From NCBI GenBank assembly GCA_036172245.1, contig JAYWIR010000058.1, positions 372,001 to 436,000 of the forward strand: 64,000 nt of DNA, written 5' to 3'. This stretch comes from Raillietiella orientalis. Lineage: Eukaryota. Shown here piece after piece: positions 41,900 to 52,459 of this stretch (position 1 is the first letter of the stretch; each line of letters starts with the position of its first letter). A model generated the notes under the pieces. That model was not told the origin of the DNA and made no database searches. It saw only the letters and a program-made list of their open reading frames with translations. The position numbers were made by a program, and so were the translations under genes.

Positions 41900-43000
41900 C
41901 GGCACCACTGATCGCGAGGCGTCCAGGTCTTCTTGCCCGGAAACCCTCCACCCCCGCTCCACCCGGCATTCTTCCCTTCTCGGGACTGTCTGCTCTTCTT
42001 CTCCTTCTCCTAAGGACGACCAGGACGGCCGGGAGGGGTCGCGGCCGATCCGAAGAGGGGCAAAGGAGATGACAGAGGACAAGAGAGCAAAGGACCCTCC
42101 TTCGGAGACTTCCCGGTGAGAAGCGAGAGGGAGGAGTTCAAATTGCCAGGGATCCTTCGGGGGTAACGCGGAGGCCCCCTTCCGCGTGCTCGGAAGGGTC
42201 TCGCCGTGTCTTTGCAGCTCCCGGACGAGAGGTCTGGAAAGGTCCCCTGAAGGAAGGCGGCGTGGACGATTTATCGAAGAGGAGCCGTGAACCTGCTCGG
42301 TTCTCCGGCGCGCGTAAAGACGGAAGGGGGTGACGAGGGAAGGGCGCCCCTGCAGCAAGCCCTGGGCCAGATTAGAGGTCGAGCGAGGCCGGGGGCTGGG
42401 CTTTCCTCGCGGAGGAGGACGCGCGCTGCCGGGATTGCGTCCCAGAAAAGCCGCCAGGGCTCGCCGCCACCTGCTCCCTCCCGGATGGTTTTTTTCTCTT
42501 CCTTTTTTTTTGTCGGGGGGAATCCCGGCACTTCGCGCGCCCCCGGGATTTTTTTTTTTTATTGCACTATTCCCCGATTCCCGATCGCTCGCCGCTGATA
42601 AATCAAAAAGGACCGGGAGCAGGTCGTTTTGCATATCCCCGAGGGGCCCTCTTCGAGCGAGAATATCCCGGAGGAGGGGAAGAGCGCAAGCCAGGAACAA
42701 TGGGGGGAACGGGGCTTCCCGGCACAAAGGATTCCCGCCCCACTCGGGACGGATCTCCGCCGCCGCCAAGGCGTTGAATTCTCCGCCCGACCCTAATCGG
42801 GGAGGAAGGGGTGGACGCGCAGGCGGTGTCTGCTCCCCCCCTCGCCTCCCTCGTTGCAATGAGTTTCCTGCCCTGGACTCCCCGGGATGACGACACTCCT
42901 CGAGAATGGAGAAGGACACGGAAGAGGAAAGGCCGTTCCTTCCTCCGGGGACCTCCTCCTCCTCTCTGCTCCCTTTCTATCGAGAAAAAGCAGGGGAGGA
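41900..43000 (-). mobile_element. Decayed L2/CR1-type LINE reverse transcriptase
   Basis: ORF 41837-42919 holds DMQNDLLPVLFDLSAASD (V.NDL...VLLDLSAAFD, about 42600), ALAAFLGR (F.SYLS.R), QGLLQGRPSLVTPFRLYA (GVPQGSVLGPLLF.LY, about 42350) and DPWQFELL (NP.KTELL). PSPFSRSVVIP (FP..WK.A.V.P) lies upstream in another frame. Confidence 0.55.
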
Positions 43001-43595
43001 CGCGCTACCCGCCTCCTCACGGGCGGGCACAGAGCGGGGGCTTGTTCCCTCTGCCCCCCCGGAGCAGGCAGTACAGGATGGTCCTTCCCCGCTCTCTGCC
43101 CCTTTCTAGGGAATCTCCCGCAACTTTTCCCGGAGACCCCCTGCTATGGGGTTATCGCAGAACAGCGTGGCGTCCCAGAAACCGGACGGTTCCTTGCTTC
43201 CGGCGGTGTTCCCCGCAGCGGCCTCATCCAATCCTGAAAAAGGGGTTGGCGAGCAACAGCGGCGTTTCCCTGCTACCGGGATCCAATACTCCCCCAGCAT
43301 CTGTTCGAGAGGCTTCCACTGCGCCCTTCGCACTCGTGGGAGGAAACCCGTTCCTCCCTGGTGGAGCTCGGGGGTCCCGGCGAAACCGCAAGCCGAAGAC
43401 AGGAGCGCACCGATGCCTCGAGATCTCTGAGTTGCTCTCTCCCCCGGTTTCCGGTAAACCTCAGGGTAGCGTGAGGTTCCTGCAACCTGTTTTGCCCTTC
43501 CCTGTTGCCCCATGAGCGTCACTTTTTGATGCTGCTGCTCTTTTCACAGGGTGTCCTCGCGAACACCCCAGGAATGTGCAGTACGAAGCGCGGCT

Positions 43596-44560
43596 TCAAA
43601 GATGCCAAGGAATCCACTGGTCTTCTTGACGAGAGACTCCTTTAAAAGCGACGACTTGCCACGCAGGCCTTCCCCACTTCCGGCTAGGAAACTTTACTAC
43701 CTCAACCTTGTTACTTTCATAGACGTCACTTTCTTGGGACTCGACACTTGCACCAGAGGAGGAAAGAGGCAGCACGATCGCACCTCGCTGGACAAGCATG
43801 GGCTGCTGGAATTTCATTTTGGCACCCACTTCCTCCCTCCGCTTACTATCACACGCCCCTCCCCACTACATGCTGCCTCGCCTACTGAAGCCAGAGAGGA
43901 TCGGTGCGTCTCCATCCCCCTCGGATCCCTGAATAGCATGCAGCTCGAGCTGCATGATGTGACCACTCCCCTCATCTCACCCTGGTTGCCTTTCGGAAGG
44001 AAGGGCAGGAGGGGAAGGAGCAGCCATGAGAAACCAGTGGTGCTGAAACCGATTCTTGCTCGGTCCAAAAGAATCGAAGAATCCGCAAGAGAGCCCTCCC
44101 CGGTTAAGCGTTGACTGTGAAGCAGCGCCGCACTGGCACAGCCAACTTGACATGTGGGGGGTCTCATAAACTCTTTCAACTGCCCCTTCCCGACATAAAA
44201 CTAGAGAAATTATTCACTCGAAGCTTCTCCTCGGTCGCATTTGGTTTGCCTAATGCTGAGCTGCAAGAAGTGAAAGCCGCAAGATGAGCTGCCTGCAGAG
44301 GTGGGGAGCTAGCGTCCCAGGAGCCGGTCGAAAGCAAAACTTTTGAACAGGTACGAATTTCTTGTCGCCACGCTTGAATTCCACAAGCGTTTCGTTTTCC
44401 TCTTCCGCTGCTGGCCTTTTCCCGTTCGCGCCCGAAACAGCGCCCGCGGCGTGCAGAGCTGAAATGTTCGGAGCGGGTCCTTTGGAACGGAAGGGATACC
44501 AGGCTTGCCTCCCGCAAACCTTCTCCGCACGTGCAGACAACGCAATGGTTCATTGGCAAT
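43596..44560 (-). mobile_element. Decayed Ty3/Gypsy integrase with C-terminal chromodomain-like segment
   Basis: CVVC...LVSLPF (HHCC C..C + PLP), FMSGRGS/KEF (SDRG.QF..EF), LHSQRLTGE (YHPQSNG..E), STTGFSWLLL (STGFSPF.LL), then DVYESNKVEVVKFPSRKWGRPAWQVVAFKGVSRQEDQWIP (chromodomain pattern YEVE.I....G...YLVKWKG.....WEP). Confidence 0.45.
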
Positions 44561-47500
44561 GCAACCCGTTCCCCTGACTCCCCTTCCCGTCGCCTCTCAC
44601 CCCACCCACTCAGCGGTACAAGGTGCTGGACCCTGCCTCGAAACTGCGAGGAAAGGTTGTGTGATTTGGAGCAAAGTTTTTCGCTTTGGGCCGTGGTGAC
44701 GCTGCGCAGGGATGCTCAGCACATGCGTGCTGCGATCTGCGCGAGCGCATTGCCGGTTGTCGATTGTTGCGCAACAGCTCCCCGCTCAAAGTAGTACAAC
44801 AACAATTCTGAATGTAAATAAATTGCGTTTTAATTGGCAGGAAGTTCGCGATTATGTATGCGCTCGTACTTTGTGGTGCAGTTCCGTTCTTACCCGATGA
44901 TGGCAGCTCACAGCATCAGCACATCGATACCATCCACACTTTCTTCGAGCAGAGATACAGCCGTCGCCTCCCAGCTTACCTTACGGCAGTGAGAACCAGT
45001 GCAAGTAAGTGGGTCGTTTAGTCTGAGGCGAGTTTGGCTTTACATGTCTTCTCATCTCGGGGAAGGCACCTGCAAGAAACGCTTGTGCAAGAAAGACGCC
45101 TCCTGCTGTCCCTCTGCCATAGTCGTTTCACGAGGCTCAGACGGCGATCTCTCGATTCCGTTCCCACGCTTCATGCGCGCGCGTGCCGATTTCGGAGGCT
45201 CGAAAGCGATAGGAGCGAAGTGAGCTGCGTGCCGCACCTGCGCTTCGCTGTTTCTCGAGAACAAAGATAAGGTCACTTATTTGATCTTGTTTCTTCTTTG
45301 CATTTATTTTTTCACGATTTGATAATCTAACAAAGGGGGAATTGGTGCGCATGCGAGCCAAGGCAGCGACAAATCCGCTTCTCCGCTTCGCTTGGAGAAC
45401 ACAAGAATAATTTTGGGATTCCGTGAAAGAGAATGGCGCCACTGTTAATTTCAGAATCCTTGATCCCATGCAAGGAATATGTCAAGTTGAAAGGCAAAGC
45501 TAGGTAATTTTAGAAAGTGAAGTATTCCACTTCCATCTCAAAATAGACGGATTTAGTTCATCTTTCGTTTTTTTCAAATAAGTGCAGGAAAGCACATTCA
45601 AGGCTCTTCTTGGGCATGAATATCCAGAATGCTTCAATGTAGGATTCGTAAAAAAATCTGTACACTGAATTGTCTGCAGGTGGATTTCGTTTCAAAGATT
45701 TTTCGCAACTTTCTCATATCCTTTCTCATATCCCTCCACTGTTTCCGTCGTTCACCTGAAGATTCTCACAACTCCATTCCAGTGATCTGCCCTTGCTCTG
45801 TGCATCTCTGCAGTTCCTTCCACACTCTCGAACGGAATCGTCTCTCGAGCGACATGAGCGAAAGACCGGAAGGGAAAATCTATGAGGGCTGCGACAACCC
45901 GCCACAGGTACTGCCGAGTTGCCGCGAACCACGTGTTGCAAGTGATTTCTTGGGTTTCTTGCAGGAAACGCTCGTGTTGCAAGCGAATGGACGATGTCTT
46001 TTAAGACTGTTTGTTTACCTCCTCCGCCAGTGGGCAGCCAGACTAAGACGATGGCTGCTGGCGTCTCTGCGGTAGCCGGCAATGTTTCAGAAACTCTCAT
46101 CCTTTCCCAAGATTCGAGATTCAGCACGTCTACGTGATTGGCGATTCCAAGATTCGCTCCGCCCACATCAAGTTTGTTCGTGAGCATTCCCATTTCGCAT
46201 CGGTGCGGAAACAGGCGCTGTTTCATTTTGTTGGATGTTTTCGTTTTCTTTTCTTTCTTTTTTTCCCCCCTTTTTACAGAATTTGCTGATGAAGAAACAT
46301 CTTTTTTCTGCGTGTGTTTTTCGTTTTATGCTCACGCATTTTTTCATTCATCCCGATTCACCGGTGATAGCAGGAAGGATGATCTCCCGTCTATGTCGAA
46401 GTCGCCAAACGGACAGCCGAGTAGCCAGCAAAAGTTTGGCGGCGTCTGTAGTTAGGCATGGGAGAGCTAGGATGGGCGCAAGCAAAGGAAGAGAGGTCCA
46501 GGAAGTCAGTCGCAAATCAAGGGACATCGATGGGGGACCATTTGTTTCTCCGAGGATGGCTCTTAACGCGTGCGTGTCAGCTCTTTGATCGTAGCCACTC
46601 CGAAGGCAGTCTCTTCCTGGCTCGTGGCACAGTGGACTCCTTTGCTTTTTCGAGATTTGAGCCCTACCACGTCTAAGGGTGTTTCCGGACGCACAGCCGA
46701 CGTGGATGTCGAGGTGGCAACCCTTCCCTCGTGTCCTCACGAAACACGCTCACTCCCCAGTAGTGACGCGTGTTTCCCCTGCATGCTCTCAGAAAGCACC
46801 AAGCGGGTGTCCGGAGCAAGTGGGCTGTGACGTCAGCAGAGTCTGGAGCTCCGGATCTGTGGAAGGAGGAAGAAACAAACTGCGCGGCGTCCAGCGTTCG
46901 ATCTGCAGGTCGTGACCACAGCAGCAGAGAGGTCGCCTTTTCCGGTCGCGATGGGATTCTCCACACTCCTGTGACGCGTACAGGACGCAGTGCCTACAAG
47001 CTGGGGGAGGGGAGTTGCGAATAGAAAACAAATAAACAAGCGCGCGATACGTCAAGATGGGGAAATGAACACCCGGACACAAGTGAAAGGAGGAGCTGCC
47101 TTCGTCCTCTACAGAGGATCCGGGCTGCTGAACCACCTCTCAGAATCCAAAAGAAAAAGATGAAGTCAAATTCGTCAAGAAAAGGATTCTCCGTCCCTGC
47201 CTCTTTATCAAGAGGAGTGTTTCATCTCTTGGAAGAGAGGGGCACAAATGAAAAACAGTACAAAATGGGATTGGCGTTTCCAGTAAGCCCAACCCAGCCC
47301 AACTACGGTAACGCACTACATTTAGAAATCAATAAAATAAACGAGAATCGGTGGGTTGCGGATCCCTTGCTTGGTTACTTGCTTAAGGCACGGGCAACTA
47401 CCCTCTTTCTTCACTGCTTCACTCGAGCTGGGATTACCTTCCCAATCCCCACAGAAGGGGGAAGCCAGGCTCGAGGTCACCATCTTGCTGCTGAGCACGC

Positions 47501-47569
47501 AACCGAACGCTGCATGAGTAGCACGACACAGCTGCTGCAACCGCAGCTGGCGAGAGTCCATCCAGAGTG

Positions 47570-49950
47570 AAGATCTGGCGGGGCAGTTTCCCGAACTTTC
47601 ATCCCCGTGATGTAAGACTGTTGCCGAACTGTCTCCATCCCGGAAGAAACACCCCCACAGTCTACCAGCGCGTGCGGGAGCGGTCTCGCATCTGTCAACA
47701 GCCAGTCCCTTCTCATCCTCCGACCCTCCTGCAGCTCTATCCTCCGTCTAGTGGTACTGCCGTTCGTTGCGTAGGGAGCTCCAAAGAGGCGAGAGCAGAG
47801 CTACCTGAGTCTGCGTGAAGCCCCCCAAAGCTGTCCGTGTCGGTTCCTGAGCTGGAATTCGCGCCTACCGATCAGTCTTCCCGAGGATCATCCTATGGGA
47901 TCTAGGGAGACCAGAAGACTAGCGTCGTTTATCTCCCCTAAAAATGCTAGCGGCAGCGCTGTCGATAGGGGAGTGGCAACGACTCGATCTCTCTTCAGAT
48001 CTTTCCCAGGTGTCGATCTCACTTCTTATGTGATGTTCTGTACCAGGTGGGTCTTCTCGAGGCGGAATACGGTGCAGAGCAGTTCTGGGATAGTTTCCCT
48101 TCTCCATGCCTCAGTGACTGGGGACCAGACCGGATCGCCTCGCGCCTCCTCAAGCGTTTCTCATGAACGGGGGCTTGAAAGCAGCGCGCTTGGGCACAGA
48201 ATTTGTCGGACGGTGATCTCGTGTGCGGCGGCCGAAGGCCACGCATGCCAGACGCATGCGCCGCTGCAGATGCAACCTGAGGTCGGTGCAGCGCTGCTCC
48301 TGCACAGAAACCATCGAAGGCACAGCCCAGCTGACTGGGTGTCCCGAAGGAGGGGTGTGTTGCGCGGTGGTCTAAGCAGAGGATGCCGGGTGGACAGTGA
48401 GAGCACGGTGAGGTGCGCGCGATCGCGGCTTAAGACGGCGGCGAGGAGTTGAGGAGCGAAGACGAAAGGTGGCTCTTATTTCTTGGGCGAGACGAGATGA
48501 CGGACGCGCGCGGACGCTGGTGGACGGTAAGAGGCCTGCGCGCAAGCGAGCAGGTCGACAGCAGAGCAGCCCAATCGATCCCACCACCCCTGAGCCGCCA
48601 CCTCGCGGAAGTCGCTCATGGCGCGAGGCGCCGCCCGCGCCAGCAGGGTTCGGTCTCCGGCAGGCTGCGCTTCTCGATTCCCCACGGGCAAGATTCCCTG
48701 CTGCTGCTGCTGCTGCTCTTTAGAGCTCTTATTAACTTAGTATTAAAACTTTATAATAGCTACTTCAAAGCTCATAATTTATATCCATTATATCCATTAT
48801 AAATAAATTAAGCTTATCCCTAATTTTTACTTACTAATAATTAGAAATATTAATTTGTCAGCATATCACCTCTAAATAAAATTCCATTATGCGTGAGTGA
48901 CCCCTCGCGGCAGTTGCATGCAGGCACCTTAGCCCATGTGATGAGCAGCGACGACGACCCGGAACGGGTGACGACCGGCTGCTGGGGAGACAGCGCGGTC
49001 TTCGAAGGAGTCGCGAGTGCGTGCTCCGTCGCGTAAGGGAATGGCAGGGTTGCCGGTGCTGAAGAGCTAGGGATGGGGGCGTCGATGTCTCGTAAGGATT
49101 TCGGCCGCATGAGGACAGGTGAGTGGGAGGCGGCTTTCATGCTTCCCAGGCGATCCCACCATGCGGGAGGTCAAGGATGCTCGCGGCTCTTCGAGGTGGA
49201 GGCGGACATGTTCGTTTCGAGGAGACGAGTCTCGACAAGACGACCCCAGGAGGGGAGTGACCGAGCTGCCATCACAGGACTTCGGCGTGCAGAGAGGGAG
49301 TGGATTGAAGCAGGAGGGAAGGAAGGAGCCTCGGCATCCGGGAGAGCATGTGGGTTGGAACCGATCTTCACGTGCTTTACCCGAGATCCAGACAGGGTCG
49401 GAGGAGCGGATGGAGGAGAAAGGAAGGAAAGGGGCCAGAAAGAAGGACCGCGGATGACATCCCACGGAAATGGACGAGGGCCAGCGGCGCGGCGGTTGCA
49501 GAGAGGGGTGAATGCGGGTGGGAGAGAGACCGCAGCCGTCTTGAGCTTCCGAAAACCCATGGCGCATCCATTCCTGAGGGAACGAGCTCCTGCGGTCCCT
49601 CGGTTGGAGTTTTCTTCTTTCCCTGTTCGCGCGAACCGAAAGGGTGAAAATGGGAGGAAGACCGCGAAGCATAACCTCTGGCGACGATCCTCAGAGACCC
49701 CTTCCGGCCCGAGGGAATGCCGTCTCTCCACGGTCCCGTGAGCGGAAAGGTTTGTGCCGATGCGACCGATTCCGCGGTAGCCAAGGCAGCAACTCGGGGA
49801 GGCCAGGACGGAGCGCGCCTTTACAATGTGCTCGCGCACGCCCGCGCCGCGGCTGCGAGAGTGCGGGCGCGGTAGCAGGCGCCGAGGGGAGGGAACTTGA
49901 GATCGACTGGTGGCACCCGGAGGCGACCTGGTCTGCTATGGAGGAAGTGT
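47570..49950 (+). mobile_element. Decayed BEL/Pao LTR retrotransposon pol (RT-RNase H-integrase)
   Basis: FPNFHPRDVRLL (FLQI.L.P.DR), FWDSFPSPCLSDW (L.WDD.LP....W), RRHSPADWVSR (NPAD..SRG, 48324-48347), LRRAEREWI (L..AE..WI), LEPIF...DRVGG (L.PF.D..G.LRVGG, about 49400), TSGDDPQRPL (TGVD..GP), GAEGRELEIDW (FVGA.REL...I.W). Confidence 0.5.
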
Positions 49951-50622
49951 GAATCCCTCCTGAACAGCAGACCTCCAGACGTGGTCTCTCTGCAGCGCCG
50001 GATGCCTGCTCGCCGAAACTTTTCAATGTCCTCCGACAAGAGTCCGCCAGAAGTTAGGAGCGACCACTGTCCTTCCCCAGAGGCTATCCGCACTCGAGCG
50101 TTTCCAGGACCGGTTGTCATCCTGGGCAAGTTTTCACACATCTGACTTTCCACGTTTGCAACAGCCCCCTGGTCCACAGCAAACGGCACCTTTGTGTGAG
50201 TCTGAAACGAACGCCATCGGTTCATCCGGCAGCGTTGGGGTCCCGCTTGCTCCCACTGAGCCTCCTGGAGGTCCTCGTGGGTTTTGCAGTCCGAACTCCA
50301 GAGCCCGAGCAAGGTGGACTTTCCGTCTATCCTTCCCAATTCGGAGAATAGGTGGAGGCCATTTCGGCCATTCGCTCCACCGGATGAGACTGTTCCTCCT
50401 TCCCCTGAGATGGCTCCAGACGAGAGTCATCCCAAGTTGAGAAGGGGGAGGGATTCAGAATAGTGAAACCCTCCCCTATGCACCCACCTGGTCTCTCGCG
50501 ATCGATTCGCACGTCGAGAGGGGGGGGACGCTGCGGGACTTCCCGACCTCGGAAAGTTCCGCCTGGCTTGGTCCCGGTCGGGCACGATACGCACAAGCAC
50601 GCGCGAGAGGAGGCCACCTCGA

Positions 50623-52241
50623 CCGCCGCGCTCCGGAAGGTTGGGAGGTTTCCCCCGTAACCTCCATGAGCAGACGAGCGTCTTTGCACTCCCACCCACT
50701 AGGAACCTTCATCCTCCTCCTCCCTGAGAGGCCTCCGCGTTTCGCTGCCCCATCAAGCTCGGGAGGAGGCGTGGCCTTCGCGACAGCGGGCGCCTCCCCT
50801 CTCCCCTGCAGAGCGATCCGGAAGCGGGAGAGAGGAGGAGGAGGTGCTCTTCGGCTGCTCCCCCTCGCCTCCTCTCCCCTCCCTCTGCGGGTCGCCGTCG
50901 TCCTCGCTTCTCCTCTCAGGGACTCCAGAGTCGCGCTGCTAGCGGAAGGAGGGACAGCACCTTCTCCCCCCTTTCGTGCAGAATCTCAGCAGCCCCGGAG
51001 GCCCCGTCTTTTCCTGGTCTCCGCCCAGGACCCGCAGAAAATCGGCCGCTGCGAGTCGACTACCAGTCTTACGCTCATCGCATCCACGTGGACTGCACGC
51101 GAGGTGAACGCACATTCGCAACACGTGCGGACGGTTGCGTCCTCCCTTGCAGCACGTCTGCAGTAGGAGGTACTGACAGATGACTCGCCATCTCTACGAG
51201 GGAGGAGGCTGCATGCGCCTCGATCGTGTGGGGGCCGGAATGAGGAGGAAAGGTTTCTCCCGGGGTCTCTCCAGCGGGTGCTCTCATCCCGCCGGAGCAC
51301 GCTTGCAGGTGGAGGCGTGCTCTCCCTCCCTTCCTCCCTCTTACCTCCCTCTCCCTTTCCTTGTCGCTCCTTTTTTCGTGCCGGGACCAGAAAGGAATGC
51401 TTTCGGTAGGACCGACCAGGATGCGCCTCCCTCCCCGTGCGAGCGCGTTTTTTTTTTTTTTTTTTTTCATTAACTCCGGGAGGGAGCTCCTTCCCGCTAA
51501 TACGGGATCAGACGCAGGGGTACTGAGGGACCCATTCATCAGCGGCGGGAAGCCCTCGGCGTAGAGCGTCCTGCCTCTCTTCCGAAGAAGGGGAGTCGCG
51601 GCCTGGCCTTCCCTCTGGAAAGAGGCGGGAAGCCCTCGGCTCCTGCCCGGATGAACGCACACGGAGCAAGGCGCTTGCGCGAGTTCGGGACCCGTCAGGG
51701 AAGTGGGTAGCGGTCGCTCCTCGGGAGGTGCCCCATCGACTGGCAGCGATCGATTCCCTGCGGGTCCTGGGCGGAGACCGGGAAAAGACGGGGCAGAGAA
51801 AGATGCGAGCGCCAAATGTGCAGATCCGCTGGCGCCTCTCGCGCTGCGCAGTAGGTGCCAAACCTCCCAGGCTGCTGGGGTTCTGCACGAAAGGGGGGAG
51901 AAGATGCTGTCCCTCCTTCCGCTAGCAGCGCGACTCTGGAGTCCCTGAGAGGAGAAGCGAGGACGACGGCGACCCGCAGAGGGAGGGGAGAGGAGGCGAG
52001 GGGGAGCAGCCGAAGAGCACCTCCTCCTCCTCTCTCCCGCTTCCGGATCGCTCTGCAGGGGAGAGGGGAGGCGCCCGCTGTCGCGAAGGCCACGCCTCCT
52101 CCCGAGCTTGATGGGGCAGCGAAACGCGGAGGCCTCTCAGGGAGGAGGAGGATGAAGGTTCCTAGTGGGTGGAAGTGCAAAGACGCTCGTCTGCTCATGG
52201 AGGTTACGGGGGAAACCTCCCAACCTTCCGGAGCGCGGCGG
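50623..52241. repeat. Long inverted repeat / foldback structure
   Basis: 50623-~50995 is the near-identical reverse complement of ~51868-52241. ORFs 50666(+) and 51695(-) share the same ~100-aa translation. An inner, more diverged segment pairs 51001-51059 with 51736-51793. About 70 extra bp sit in the right arm, and the spacer is about 680 bp. Confidence 0.95.
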
Positions 52242-52459
52242 CTGAAGGCGCCATGGCGAAAAAAAAAGAGACAGCATCTTCGGCGCCCCGAAGGAGAAGA
52301 GCAGGGTTCTTCAGGACGGGGCAAAGAAGCTCCTAAGGTCGTGGCTTCCCTAGGGCTGCAGAGAAACCACCTTCAGATCAGGGATGTTGGTGGTAGCGCA
52401 GGTCAGGAGAGCTGCCGAGAAGGAAAGTAAAAGGAAGGGGGTGTCGTCCTAGGAGGAAA

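Noticed and set aside
46005..46060. IVLVWLPTGGGGKQT (minus), resembling a RecQ/SF2 Walker A
   Set aside because: It has an extra Gly and lacks S/T after K, and no DExH or other helicase motif is nearby.
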